DNA of 64,000 nucleotides from the human T2T-CHM13v2.0 reference genome, Homo sapiens. Position numbers and translations under genes: made by a program. Numbering within the stretch: the stretch's first letter is position 1; every line of letters starts with the position of its first letter. Shown one piece after another: positions 1 to 15,225 of the stretch. The stretch lies in contig CP068257.2 of assembly GCA_009914755.4 (NCBI GenBank), forward strand, positions 39,616,001 through 39,680,000. Reading direction: 5' to 3'. The notes beneath the pieces are model-generated. The model had not been told where the DNA came from. It saw nothing but the letters and a program-made list of their open reading frames with translations, and ran no database searches.

Positions 1-707
1 CTCCCTCAAGGAACCTATAGCTTGGTTTATGGCTTCATGTGTTGGTAAGCTTTCTTCATTGATATTCCCGGATACAACTCCTGCCTATGATCACTATGTG
101 CCCAGCTGTTGCTATAACCACAAACGTGTGTAGAAGTCGTGGTGGTGTTTCTCTCTGTGTGTGCAGCAGAGGTTTGGTTTACGATGGCTTATGCTGCCCC
201 GTCCCACTCAGATCTGTGATTCATCCAAGTCCTCAGTCCCCAAACAGCCCTCACCTCCAACTGTTCACTCTGGACTGCTCATCATGGAACAGGACTTGGA
301 GTTGGTCCAAACCCCTCATTTTGATTCCTGCGGCACAGGAGTTCAGAGAGACAGGGGACTTGCCCAAGTTCAAGCTTTGAGGCCAGCAGTCCCCAAACCT
401 TCAGCCAACACCTGCTTTTTATAACAAGTGCTTTGTCATTCCCTGAAGTAAATGCAAAGGTCATATGACTTATCTACATACACAGCTCAAAGTGCCCTGA
501 CGTCATATGGGGGGAATACAAGGGAAGTAATGTATAACCGGCTAATCAGTACCTCAGTACGTGAACACTCTGGCTCCGTGGTGCTGGTAGACCACGCAGT
601 AGGCAGATGCTGGAGGTGAGTTAACATCACCATGGACATGTACACCCAGTGTAGACTGATCAAGGCAAGCTGACTTACACTCACACACCCCAAGCAGCTC
701 AGCTTGC

Positions 708-1122
708 TGTCTTAGACTGTTGTGCTGCTATAAGAGAATACCCAAGGCTGGGGAGTTTATAAAGAAAAGAGGTTTATTTGGCTCATGGTTCTGCAGGCTG
801 TACAAGAAGCATGGTGCCAGGCTCTCAGGCTGCTTCCAGTCATGGTGGAAGGTGAAGCAGAGCCAGTGTGCAGAGATCACATGGGAGAGAGGAAGCAAGG
901 GTAGGGGAAGGACGTGCCAGACTTTTTTTCAACAATCGATCAGCCCTCCCTGGAGCTAACAGAGTGAGATCTCAGTCATTATTATGGGCAAGGCACAAAG
1001 CCATTCTTGAGAGATCCGACCTCACTACGCAAACACTTTCCACCAGGCCCCACTTCCTACACTGGGGATCAAATTTCAACATGAGAATTGGAGGGGACAG
1101 ATATCCAAACTCTATCAGTTGC
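708..1122 (-). mobile_element. MaLR LTR of THE1/MST type.
   Basis: It carries the MaLR motifs CTGCTATAAGAGAATACCCAAGGCTGGGGAGTTTATAAAGAAAAGAGGTTTATTTGGCTCATGGTTCTGCAGGCTGTACAAGAAGCATGG and ..CACCAGGCCCCACTTCCTACACTGGGGATCAAATTTCAACATGAGAATTGGAGGGGACA. Confidence 0.7.
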
Positions 1123-4100
1123 TGATGTGATTTTCCAGAATGGACAAGAATCTTAGGAAAGTTCCAAGAAAAACAGAAAGAGAATCAGCTTCCCTGGATT
1201 TCCATAGTAGCGAATATGCAATGTATACTAAACCTGTGTAGAAAAGATGGTATGCATATGTGAATGGGAGGTGCATTCTGTGCTCATATGATCCAGCAGA
1301 TTTCACCCATGTTGATGCCCAGAGCGACTTTGGAAAGTGGTGTGGGATGGGAACAATACTTCATTTTGCATGACTGCCCTTCACATTCCAGGATAACCAG
1401 CATGCTTATCAAACACACCCCCAAAGTTTCCAAAACTTCCCCTAGGGGACAGGACCTTCCCCATTGAGAACCGCTTATCTGAATAGTCCCTGATAGTCCC
1501 AGCCCTGTGTTGTTTCCACTGCTGGGCTCTAGTCTGTACGACACGTTTTCCACGTTTCCCCCTCACTGGGGCTCAGCACACAGGGGCAGAACCAACACAC
1601 GTGGAGCTTGCATTTCCTCGTTTAGCAATTCTTTCCCACTTAGAATAGGTTTTTCTCTCATCATCTGTAGATGCAAGATACAACAGAAAGAAGCAGTAAA
1701 GCACAGTAAAGTCAAGGTTAGGGTGATGTGGATGGTGACTTTCCAGATTTAAAGGGAACCATGCAAGTCAAGCCCTGTGGATGGCTACTTTTTTCATGGC
1801 AGATAAATAGCAGTTCTGTGGCAGCCGCTCATCGCCAGAGTCCATCAAGGTCAAAGTATGCTTCTCAATCCACACATCCTTTCGCTATGCAGAGGCAATT
1901 GTTGAAACCTTCAAGGGTAAATAATACTCTGCATTATCAAGACTATGTGCAATATTTCATCAACCGTAGACAACCCACCGCATCTTTCTCAGCTCCCTTC
2001 AACTGTGTTCAGTGTTTGGTTGAGCTGTGGTTCTCTTTCAGGCTACCGTGGGACACATCTCTCTTACTTACCTGCTAGCCCTGTTTTGCATTCAAGTGGC
2101 AGATGGTTCCTGTTTTCCATCCTTTGGGCTTCTCTAGTCCATATGCATTTGATGAATATGAAAACTGGGATCATCCAGAACTCATTTGATGACTAAGCCT
2201 TCCCTCCTGCTAATCTCACAAGATAATTCAGGATTTCTTGCCACCATTCTGACCACTCAAGGTTCTGATCTGTTTCTTCTTTTGTGGGTAAATAAAAAGA
2301 GAAAGAACACACCAGTGTCTGGGGAAAGCCCCTCAATGGTTGGTTTCACCCCATTGCCACTTCCACCATTCAAATTCAGTGTACCTTCCTTATTTGCGAG
2401 TACTGCAGAGACTGACTTATTACATATAACACATCACGCACCTTTTGGGTGTCTACCCTGGTACCGCCTTTCTTTTCAAGAGACCATTCTTCAACAGAAC
2501 TGTAAGGTTTCTTCTTGGCTGAATCAGATGTGACGCATCCCACTTCTGCGTTTGAGGCGAGTTCTATTCCTTCAGCTGCATCCCTGCTACCATGCTTGCT
2601 TTGCAGATTAAATTCTTAGATTGATATTAACTTGTTTCCTTTTATCTGCTTTTTACATGCTTTATTATGGTTGATATGCTTTATGATTGAAAGATATGAA
2701 TATTTTCTTTCAATGTCAATTATGTATAATTAATTTGTCTAATGCTTTCGTGTAACTTTAGAGCTGGCCTAAGTTATACTTTCAACCATTGTATTTGATG
2801 GGAGCCAAGAGACTGTCCTTTTGCCTTCTCAATTTTTGACAAAGGTTTCTTTTCTGAGCTGCAGCTCTCTGCCCTGTGATGTGTCTGTATTTGCTTGTGC
2901 TTCTGATCTCTCTTAGTTATAATAAGGTTCTGGTTGGGTTTGTCCGCCTCTGATTCACGTCCTCAGTCTTTGGATATTCAGGTCTAATGCTTCCTGAAAC
3001 ATGTTACAGTAATTGGAGATTTGGCGTGGGGTTCTTTGACAAGATCTCTTTGATTTATGGAATGAGATGTCAGGCTACCATTAGTCATTTGTGAGCTCGT
3101 CTTTATCAGAATCCATCTTTTCATGGTGGTGAATGTTCCAATGAGTTACTATAGAGCAAAAAAAGAAAAAAAGAAAAGAAAAGATCATGTATTTTTTAAA
3201 TGTACATCTTTTTTAGCCAATAAAATCTCACCTCCAGCTAGTTGGCTTGAAGAGAGATCCAGTATACTCATCCCTTGACCCTCCACGAATCTATTCAGGA
3301 GATTAAGTATATTTCCATTAAAATGTCTCCTTACTTCTGTACTATATCCGGGTTGAAGCTCACAGAGCAAGAGACCAATTTATTTTCCTCAACTAATGTT
3401 TGTAAGGGACTTCTTTAAGGAGGCTAAACTGGATACAGATCAAATGGCTTTCCATTCAATGAGGACAGATATTTTTACCTGATTATTGAGATCATTTCTC
3501 AAGCATGTCCATCATTTGCCTAGTAGAAGGGGACTTGCTGTTTTGGAGCCTGTGAGCATTTAACGTTATTGAGGATGTTGATGAACCGCCAGGCTGGGCA
3601 GGCTGAGCTGACCCTGAACCTCAGGGGGTCTCATGCATTCAGGTCTGGTGACTTCGAGAATCACAGAAGATTAAGAGGGGCATCCGGTCACCTGGGCCAG
3701 GACAGTAAGCCCACGGGTAGATTTCAGACCCTGAGAGCCCCAGGGAAGTCCTGAGCAGAATTCTTTAGGAGACTCAGCATTCCCTGGGTCGAATGGCTTA
3801 GGAGAACCAGAGCTGACCCAAGGATTGAACTCTAGAATTCTGCACATCCACCTTCTCTTTTCGTGTTCTCTGCAACCAACAGCAGGTTTCTTTTGAAATA
3901 ATAAAACGTTCTGTAGCTCTTTTCCCCTCAGTTCAATTGATTTCACTTTTTAATCCTGCATTCCCTGAGCACTCTTATCAGAGGCAGAACATCTTCTGAA
4001 TTTGGTTCAAAGTGTTTTTATTACTGTGAGCAGGCTTTTTCCTGGCCACCCACATCCCTGATTGATTGCTGTTTCTGAGCACCCAGAATGGACATTGCCA

Positions 4101-4794
4101 AGGAGAAGCCCATCCAGGTTTCTTGCTCCATGTATTTAATTATTGTGCAGAGCAATTGAGAGCCAAAGCATTTTAGTCGCAAGAGGTGGGACGTTAGAAA
4201 ATGAAGATGAAGGCATGTTTTTCATTTAAAGTGCTGGAAACTCTACGCTAATAATAACCCCTAGAGTCACTTATGAATGATTCTTCTCTGGGGTTTTACT
4301 CAGAGGTTTAGTTCAAGGAACCCAGAGAATATGAATATGAACTGAGAATTACCTTTTTTTTTTTTTTTTTAACATTATCTAGGACTGTGCTTTCTACAAG
4401 GCTAGCCACAAGTCACATGTGGCTATTTAAATTTAAATGAATGTTAAATAGAAGTTCGGTCTTTCAGTTGCACTATAATCGCATTTCAAGTGTTCATTAG
4501 TCACAAGCGGCCAGCGTATTGGGCAGGATATTTCTGTCGTCACAGGAGGTTCTGTTGGACAGCGCTGGTGCAGGGCAGAGAGGAACTCTGCCGTTTAGAC
4601 ACCGGTTGCACAAGAGCTTGAAGCGTCACCACCTCGCCTTGACCTCCTTAGCTGAGACACCCCACACACACTTGCTCCTTTCATGGGGTGGTTGGACTTT
4701 AGAATGAGACAGCTTTAGATTCAGTAAGAGTAGCTCTATAGGAGCATTTTCCAGAAAACAAACAAACAAACAAAAACATCCTGATGATATGCTT

Positions 4795-5475
<681 letters not shown>

Positions 5476-6007
5476 CAGACTTGAATTTTCTAATAATAAC
5501 TCATAGCCTGAAAAAAGGCAGCAAATGATTAATTATAATAATAGCAGCTATTTTGTGGCATATCTCCTGTGTTCCAAGCTTTTGTTCTACATGCTTTACA
5601 ATATTAACTCTTTTAATCTGCATAATTAACTTCACGAGGGATGGTATTATATTATCACCATTTTTTAGTTGAGGAAACCGAGGCATAGAGAAATAAATAA
5701 CTTGGCCCTGGGTCACACAGCTAATAAGGGATTGAACTCATATTTGAACCCAGGCAGTATAACTCCAGCTGCCTCTGCTGTCTCTGGAAATGACACCAAA
5801 ATATCCAGAGTGCTCCCTCTGTAAGGAGACCAGCAACCTGAGCAGGAAACTAGAGAAGACATGCTAAATAGATATGCAGGCTGGTTCAGGTTCTTACTAA
5901 CACTACAAATTCTACAGAGTTTTCTATAGCCTGGACAGAGTGAAACTAAACTTTTCAAAAGGAAGTCATAGCATTTTAGACTGTTTAGGAAAGATACAAT
6001 TACTCTA

Positions 6008-6313
<306 letters not shown>

Positions 6314-6326
6314 CTACCAGACCAGG

Positions 6327-6690
6327 TAGTATGGTTTGGCTGTGACCCCACTCAAATCTCATCTTGAATTGTAGCTCCCATAATTACCATGTATTGTGGG
6401 AGGGACCCAGTGGGAGATAATTGAATCAAGGGGGCGGTTTTTCCCCATACACTGTCTTCGTGGCAGTGAATAAGTTTTACGAGATCTGATGGTTTTATAA
6501 GGGGAAATCCCTTTCACTGGCTTTCATTTCTCTCTTCCCTTCCCCATGTAAGACATGCCTTTCACCTTCCACCATGATTGTGAGGCCTCCCCAGCCACGT
6601 AGAATTGTGAGCCCATTAAACTTCTTTCTCTTTATAAATTACCCAGTCTTAGGTATGCCTTTATCACAGTGTAAAAACAGACTAATACAC
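6327..6690 (+). mobile_element. THE1/MST-type MaLR solo LTR.
   Basis: It reads TATGGTTTGGCTGTGACCCCACTCAAATCTCATCTTGAATTGTAGCTCCCATAATTACCATGTATTGTGGGAGGGACCCAGTGGGAGATAATTGAATCA...AAATTACCCAGTCTTAGGTATGCCTTTATCACAGTGTAAAAACAGACTAATACA, matching the THE1 consensus from end to end. Confidence 0.85.
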
Positions 6691-7877
6691 CAGGAGTTGG
6701 CAAACTCTAGCCCATGAGCCAAATCTGACCTGCTGCCTGTTTTAGTAAATAAAGTTCTATCAGAACACAGCCATGCAGCTATGCAAGTTTACTTACACAT
6801 TGTCTGTGGCTGCTTCCACATTACGTTTGAGAGCTGAGTAGTTATCACAGAGATCCCATGGCCTACAAACCTAAAACGTCTATTATTTGTTTCTTTATGG
6901 AAAGAAATTGCCAACCTCTGTTCTAGATCCTATTCTCCAAGCATTTCAAGATAATTAGTCTTTGTATATTTCTGAACTTGAGGAATGAACCCAAATTGTC
7001 AAAATGGACTGAATAATTCAGTATTTTTATTGCTATTCAACATAAGCGTGTTCATCTCCTCCCATGTGGCAGGCACATCTGAATTTATATTGGCACTAAC
7101 ACTTGGCATTCCGCCAATCTTCAAATACCCCATTTCAAAGACCTGACTGCATGTTACCTGGGTAATTTCTGGTGGATCCCTTAGTGCTCTAAGGACCCTC
7201 TGTGGTCACTTTTCTGTTTTTGTACCTGCCCATTGTCGGGAGATCTGCGCACAGAAAACATTCACTGAATGCCTCTCTTACTTTATGATCACGGTGGAGT
7301 GAACCAAGATAGTAGGCAAATATTAAAAGCCAACCATCTTTATATTCTGTACCCCATTATGAAGTTAGAATCAGCTGTTTCCCCCAAATCCGTTTGCCAG
7401 ACCTTCGTAAAATAACATATTTCTCCTGATTATAAAAATAATGCATGCAAACATGGAGGGACCTAACCACAAGAATAGGAGTCCTCCCACCTCCAATCCT
7501 GCCACCCCAGCTGGCCACTGTTAATATTTGAGTGTAATAAATAGTTTTGAAGGAGAGTCTGTCTCATTGACGTATTTTTCTTTTAACTTTTTCTCTGCAT
7601 CATTTAAAATTTCTTAGAAAAAGAAACATTTTTCCCTTGGCACATAATAGCGCATCATATGGATATGCTGTAATTTACTGAACTGTTTCCTTGTTACTGA
7701 GCATTTGGATGGTTTCCAGCTGTTTGCTGTTATACATAAAACATCACGACCATCCTGGCACATGAACCTCTGTCTGCTTCCTGGTGTCTCCTTAGGGTCA
7801 GATTCTCAGAAGTGCAGTTACTGAATTAAAGATAGTTAACATTTTTGATGCTTATGAGATATACCAAGAATGAGTTA

Positions 7878-8180
<303 letters not shown>

Positions 8181-8184
8181 AATA

Positions 8185-8219
8185 ATAAATGAATGAATGA
8201 ATGAATGAATGAACAAATG
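8185..8219. repeat. (AATG)n microsatellite next to an Alu tail.
   Basis: Read directly: aataaatgaatgaatgaatgaatgaatgaacaaatga. Confidence 0.9.
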
Positions 8220-9498
8220 ATCATGTCATCTCCAAACTTCTTTACTGACCTTAAGCAAGACTGCACTAGTTCATGTAATCCCACAACAAAGACTTATTAA
8301 CACGTGTTAATGTTCACAGACTGATTATTAAAACAGAGTGAAATCAAGCCTGCAGGTGAGCAGGATCGCTTTAGTATGATCTACTGGGTGATTTGATATT
8401 TAGCTTAGAATTGTGATTATTTTCTTAGGAGGAGCATGGTTTGAGTTCATAGACATTTGCCTAGAGATGTTTCTTAGGTTCCTTCCTATATTCCAGCAGT
8501 TTTCAAACTCAAATGGGCATAGGAATGACCTTATAGGGTGGGACTCCCCAGGGCCATGACACCTGCTGTCCTCTCTCCACAGTGCTCTACCCCTAGAGAG
8601 CCCCAGGTCTCACTGTCTTCATTCAGGTCTCATGCAAACATGGTTGGATCCAAGAGTTCTCTCCAACCACTGGGTCACTTGAGGTCCCCTTGCCTGCTTT
8701 GTTCCCTGGGTGGCTCTCGTCCCGTAACCACCATTCCCGCATTCATTATCTCTCCTCACTGCAGCATAAACTGAGGGGGCAGGACTTTCGTCTGATCTTG
8801 TGAATGTCGTTCTGCGTCAGTAGCTCTTACCTCCAGGGCCACGTGAGTGTCAGGCTCTCGGTCATGTCACAGTGATTCATGTTCTGGCATGCCATTAGCG
8901 TCACTGCCCATATTTTGGTGAGAGTATAATCACCTTTGGGGCATTGGGGGAGAACCTTGAGAAGGACCTGTGACATGAAGGACCTGGGCTTCAGCAGGTA
9001 GGGCTTGGTCATTATTTGTCACATGAGTTGTATGTGTGAACCTGAACTCCAGCTGCTGCGGGCACAGGCTGGTGGAGCCTCCCTCTGGGATGCCGGCACC
9101 TACCCGTGTCACACAGCAGCAGCACAGCAGCCCTGCAAAGCCGGAGGGCCAGGCAGGTGCCAGATTGGGTTGTGTCCTTCAAAGGGTCGTGTCCTACGGT
9201 GGCCAAACAAAGCACCTGACTTATAGGGTTTAACTTGGGTATAGTGAAAAATTAAACTCCAGCCACATGTTTACACCAGTGCGTCCCTTCCACATGACAT
9301 GGAAAACACTGTTACCAAAACATTAGCGATTATGTTTTTGGGGGAAGCTGTCACTTTGTTAACATTGATGCTGTTCATGATAAAGAATGGCTTACAGGCT
9401 TACAGTAGACTTTCTGTGTTTAGGATAGCTGCCTTGGACACGGCAACCTTATCTTCATGGTTCGGGAACATGGATACATAAGAGAATGCAAGGGGCTT

Positions 9499-10062
<564 letters not shown>

Positions 10063-10825
10063 GTAAGGCTAATCCATGGATTTAAGGAAATCAAATAACA
10101 GGATGAGATTCTGAAAATCAGTCATTAAAGGGCTGACACATGAGTCTTGGGCTGTTCTTGGAGACAGTGAGAACCACGTGGTGGAAACAGACCAGCATTC
10201 ACACAATTATATTTCCAAGCATTTTTTAAATTGAAGGTAAACAGCATGATTCTTGGAACCTTCCTGTAAGACAGGCAATAGCATTAACTTTTTGTTTTAT
10301 TTTCGTTTTATAGTTTAAAATGTTAACAGAATTTGAATCATGTAGATTGTGGTGTGTGTTTAGGAGTTTTTACTAAGGTGGGATTAAAAGAAAACACATT
10401 TATTAAATTCATACGTTTGCGTGAAGATGGAGCCTGCAGACGGCCCTGGAATGCAGGCAGGGGGTGGTGCCCTCCGCCAGGCTGGGACGTGGCCTGTTTT
10501 CCTGGCTCTGCAGGGGACACCTCCGAGGAGACACCCAGCATGGGAATATGGGCAGCCTGAAGGCATGCCCTGGGGAGAGCCAGCCCTTCCCAGTGGTGGT
10601 GAGCCCCAGAGGAATTGTGGAACCCTGCTCTTGCCATCACCAGAGCCTCCCCACATGGGGAAAGACAGAATTGGATGTTCACCAAATATTTGTACTTGGG
10701 GCCTACCCAAAGGAAATATGTCTGTATGCAGGAGGAGGGAGGCAGGCAGGGGAATTTCCACCTGGAGGCATTGCCAAAGGCAGGCGGGAGTAGACGCTAG
10801 GGGTGTGTGCAGGGCTCCTGGAGTC

Positions 10826-11310
10826 CACATGGGTTTGTATGTTTATTGCGGCATTATTCACAATAGCAAAGACTTGGAACCAACCCAAATGTCCAACAAT
10901 GATAGACTGGATTAAGAAAATGTGGCACCTATACACCATGGAATACTATGCAGCCATAAAAAATGATGAGTTCATGTCCTTTGTAGGGACATGGATGAAA
11001 TTGGAAATCATCATTCTCAGTAAACTATCACAAGAACAACAAACCAAACACCGCATATTCTCACTCATAGGTGGGAATTGAACAATGAGATCACATGGAC
11101 ACAGGAAGGGGAATATCACACTCTGGGGACTGTGGTGGGGTGGGGGGAGGGGGGAGGGATAGCATGGGGAGATATACCTAATGCTAGATGACGAGTTAGT
11201 GGGCGCAGCGCACCAGCATGGCACATGTATACATATGTAACTAACCTGCACAATGTGCACATGTACCCTAAAACTTAAAGTATAATTAAAAAAAAAAAAA
11301 AAAAAAAAAA
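10826..11310 (+). mobile_element. L1 3' end (young L1PA-like 3' UTR) with a poly(A) tail.
   Basis: It matches the L1 3' end sequence TGTTTATTGCGGCATTATTCACAATAGCAAAGACTTGGAACCAACCCAAATGTCCA...GTGCACATGTACCCTAAAACTTAAAGTATAAT followed by A24. Confidence 0.85.
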
Positions 11311-11698
11311 AGAACTGCAGAAGGAGACCAGCTCTCCTGGCCCTGTACCTGGGTACCACGCCCTGGCCTCACCTTGCTCAGCGTTAGGCTTGGAACCAGA
11401 GCTATGTGTGGAAGGGAACAGAAGTGATTGCTGGAGCAATAGGCCCCCACTGTCCCATGAGGATAATCTTCCCATCGTGGAAGAACATTTGTTCCAGCTC
11501 AAGTTTATGAGCAGATGGGGGTGGGGTGGGGAGGGCAAGAGGAAGTTTACAGCCCTTGGCCCCTCCAAGGAGACAGAATCACAATTACTGAGAGCCTATT
11601 AGGCCCTAGGCTGAGAAGATACAAGATAAGATGTGGGTCACTCAGTGCTCAGGACTCCCCTGTGAGGCATACTTTGTAAGGTCATATTCTCCCCATTT

Positions 11699-12008
11699 TC
11701 TTTTTCTTTTTACTTTTTTATTTTTTTGAGAGAGAGTCTCACTCTATTTCCCAGGCTGGAGTGCAGCAGTGTAATCTCAGCTCACTGCAACCTCTAGCTC
11801 CCGGGTTCAAGTGATTCTCGCACCTCAGCCTCCCAAGTAGCTGGGACCACAGGCACATGCCACAACGCCTGGCTAAGTTTTGTAGTTTTGGTAGAGATGA
11901 GGTTTCACTATGTTGGCCAGGCTGGTCTCAAACTCCTGAGCTCAAGTGATCCATTCACATCAGCCTCTCAAAGTGTTGGGATTGTGGCATGAGCCACCGT
12001 GCCTGGCC
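11699..12008 (-). mobile_element. Full-length Alu with a roughly 16-bp target-site duplication TATTCTCCCCATTTTC.
   Basis: It is the reverse complement of Alu, running from GAGAGAGAGTCTCACTCT...CCCAGGCTGGAGTGCAG to GCATGAGCCACCGTGCCTGGCC. The direct repeat is seen on both sides. Confidence 0.9.
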
Positions 12009-14150
12009 TTATTCTCCCCATTTTCAAGATGTGGGGATTGAGGATCAGTGAGCTGTTGCCCCTTTGAAATCAGGCATGGAGCTTCTCACTGTCTGCAGAG
12101 CCAGGGCTGGCTCATGAACCTTTTGTCCTCTGTATCATAGATAATTGCAGACGCATGAAAACTTCCGTTCCTAAATACATTTTCAAAATGCTTTATCTGT
12201 ATGTGACTGGAAATGAAAGATGTATATGACTGGTTTTATGCAAATTGTTCCGAAGATGATAGAGTAAACCTAAATTGCCTGGAATTAATAATATGTAAAG
12301 ATTCTGTGAGAACAGACCCCTTCGGGGTTTGCTCAGACCTCCTGACTCTCCGTGCGACATTTTATCTTTTCATTTATGAAATTCCAAGATTACTGACAAT
12401 TGGCTTCCCATTTCCAGGGTTTGAGGAGACAGCAGTAGGACTCATAGGAAGCAGAATGTGGCTGGGAACAGGGCCTGCAGGGTGAGCTGGGCAGACTGCC
12501 CACAGGGGTCTCTGAGACAGGTGGGCTGAGCGCTCTGCAGTGGTCAGGTTGTGTGGTGGCCCCTGGTCCATTCCAGGGGCTTCCTGTCAAGGCTGTGTCA
12601 GGAACACCTACTGGGCTTCTAACACTATAGCTGCCTGGGCCCCACTGCTGCTGAATCAGGTTCTCTCAGGGTTGGTTGTGGGCACCTGGATGCTTTTAAT
12701 CCCTAGAGGGATCCCGAGGCACAGCCCTAGTGAAGGACTTGACAGAATGATTGCAGCTCCTTCGCTGTGTGCGTGTGCCAGGTACTGCTCCAAGTGCTTT
12801 ACAGGTATTGGCCCATTTAAGCCCCAGAGCGGCTCCAGGCAGCTGCCCTTATCCCTGTTTCACAGGGAAGGAAGCAAAGGAACAAGTCACTCGGCTGGCA
12901 AGTGGCAGAGCCTGTCTCCCATCGTGTTTGCTTTGCTTTACCGCCTCTCAAGAAGGTGGGTAGAACACCAGCTGGGGGCACCCCCAGGCCCACCCTATAA
13001 TCCCAAGAGGTGATTTTGTCTCACTGGTTGACCCAAACGCCCACAAGTGTTCTGACAGAGATTGCATATGGAAATCGTGCTAGATTCTGCCTCGGAATTC
13101 TGCAGAAGCTGAGATGAAACAAGTAGGAGGTCAAACACAAATGGACTACACCAATGGGAAGATCTGTATCTATTCCATGGTGGAGTTCCCCTCTCACTCC
13201 CTCTGGAATCACAGTTTTAGTTCTCACGGATAGTAAATAATCATTCCTGTGAATGACCATGGGCACCCAGGGGATGCCTATAGCGTCTGTGCTACTATAG
13301 TTAATTACATTTTCATCAAAAACTAACAACTCATGGTCACCAACTCCAGTGTCTCCCAGTTGTCAAAGCCAAAATCTAAACTCAGGTCTATCACTGACTT
13401 CCTACATGACCACCGGCACCCCTGGCACACCGGCACCTCACAGCTGTTTACGGACCTTCCCGCTTCCCTTTGAGTCTCTCTGGAGAAATGAGGGCATCCT
13501 CTGTATGTCTTGCTGGATGTGAGGGAGACACAGAGCACACGAGGGCTTCTGAAATCTGGCCTTGGGGGAATAAGAAGCCTTTTATGCTTCTGGAGTATAG
13601 ATTTGTGCCTTTCCTGCTTCTTTCCTGCCAGAGTTCATCTGGCAGAGCTAAGCCTCACCCCAGGCTCTGGGGTCCGGGGGATACTGTCCTCCCAGGTCAG
13701 CCACCTCTCATTTGCATGGTGGACAGCTGCGGCTGACAGGCAAACAAAAATGTCTGCGGCCATGGCAGCTCCTAGAGAAACTCTTCTCTCCTTACTCTCA
13801 AATGCCTAAGATTAGGATCCACCACCTGCCACGGTAACCTACTTCCACGGCTTCTCACACCCCCTCACAAGGCAGTCATGATGATAGATGTGACTGCGTC
13901 GAATGGCTTCCAGAAATATGATCTTATTTGTACAACAGAGCCGTGCCCAAAGGAAGAATGCCAACCAGTGGGAAGCTCTGCTGGGGCTTTCTGAATTCCT
14001 AGACCCAATCACAAGCTGGTGTACTGTTGAACCATGAAAAAATTGAGTATAAACACCAGGAATGTCTGTGGCGCGTGGCGTCTACACTGGGTGACCCATG
14101 TCTACACTGTGAGTCCTAAGCGGGTGCCCCTCTCTGTCGCCCTCCCGCAG

Positions 14151-14279
14151 CCATCAAGTTCTCTGGAGACCTTCTTCGACTCCCTGGTGACACAAGCAAA
14201 CATCCCCAACGTTTTCTCCATGCAGATGTGTGGAGCCGGCTTGCCCGTTGCTGGATCTGGGACCAACGGAGGTAGTCTT
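14151..14279 (+). CDS. BACE2: BACE2 coding exon 4, 129 nt, encoding PSSSLETFFDSLVTQANIPNVFSMQMCGAGLPVAGSGTNGGSL.
   Basis: The acceptor is cctcccgcag|CCATCA. The donor is placed after CTT at 14279 (gtgggt), because only this junction joins to the next exon to give ..GGSLVLGGIEPS.. as in BACE2, and BACE1 has GGSMIIGGIDHS at the same position. It is in phase with exons 3 and 5. Confidence 0.85.
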
Positions 14280-14670
14280 GTGGGTATCTTTTAGTCTTAA
14301 AGGGGCGAAAAATCACAGATGGATGGGCTGTTTTTTTCTGTTTTATTAAACACCTGAGCAGAAATATTAGGCATGTAGGTGTGCGTAGGTACTGTAAAAC
14401 TTTCATCCTCCTTGTAGTAGATCTTTTTAGAAATGGCTAAAATTAGGCAATCCTTTATGTCATCCTGCCATCTGGAAGGATGATTCTCATCGCTTCTCCG
14501 AATTCCATTAAAACTTTTCTTTACCGCCCTTGGAAGGGCACTGCTTTCTGTGGGTGGGGGAGGGACAAGTGAGGAGCGGTGGGGGGCGTGGTGAGTGGAC
14601 CTGACTGTGGGTAGGGGGCCAAAGGAGAGTTCATAAATTTGGCAGGGAAACAGGGGCCCTTGTAGATCCT

Positions 14671-14720
14671 TTCTCTCTCTCTCTCTCTCTCAACACACAC
14701 AGGCACACACGCACCACAGC
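14671..14720. repeat. Compound (CT)n(CA)n microsatellite.
   Basis: Read directly: ctctctctctctctctctctcaacacacacaggcacacacgcacca. Confidence 0.9.
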
Positions 14721-15225
14721 ACAAGTGTTTGCTGCTGAAACAGAATCAAGGCCGTCAGCACTACGGAGGTGCTGGAGCCTGAGCTTCCCTCCAGGGGCCG
14801 GCACCCAGACGTCAAAAGTAGTAGGGGACAGGAAGAATGCACTAGAAGGGGGTGCTGCCAGTCCCTTTGCTGTCTGACTATGAGAGGCAGGATCTGCACC
14901 CCGGTCCTCAGCTACTTTCATTTGCTACCATTTCCAGGCAGAGGACAGCATAGGATTTATGAGGAAATGTTTTATGATTTTGCACAATGAAGCTTTGATC
15001 AGGGAAGTGCTTGATCTTCTGTTCTCTGACCTCCAAGGAACTAAATAATTGTCAGTCAGTGTGGTTAACTGTTTTATTGCATTTCTTTGAAGGAAAAATC
15101 TCAATATTGTAAAGCTAAACTTGTATGTACTTTCTTTGGATAAGAGAAACCTCCAAAGCATCTTGATTAGATGAGGGCCTAATACCATCTGACCTTTGCA
15201 GACGTGGACCCATAAAATTCCTTGT

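Noticed and set aside
10826-11359. A 137-aa minus-strand ORF at 10946..11359 and a + ORF at 10803..11081.
   Set aside because: They fall within the L1 3' UTR fragment and its poly(A) tail. This is a non-coding part of L1.
12540-13013. A 157-aa + strand ORF and an overlapping 70-aa ORF in a GC-rich intronic stretch.
   Set aside because: There are no flanking splice consensus sequences that maintain the BACE2 phase, no similarity to any protein family I recognise, and a W/P/G/S-rich composition typical of random GC-rich DNA.
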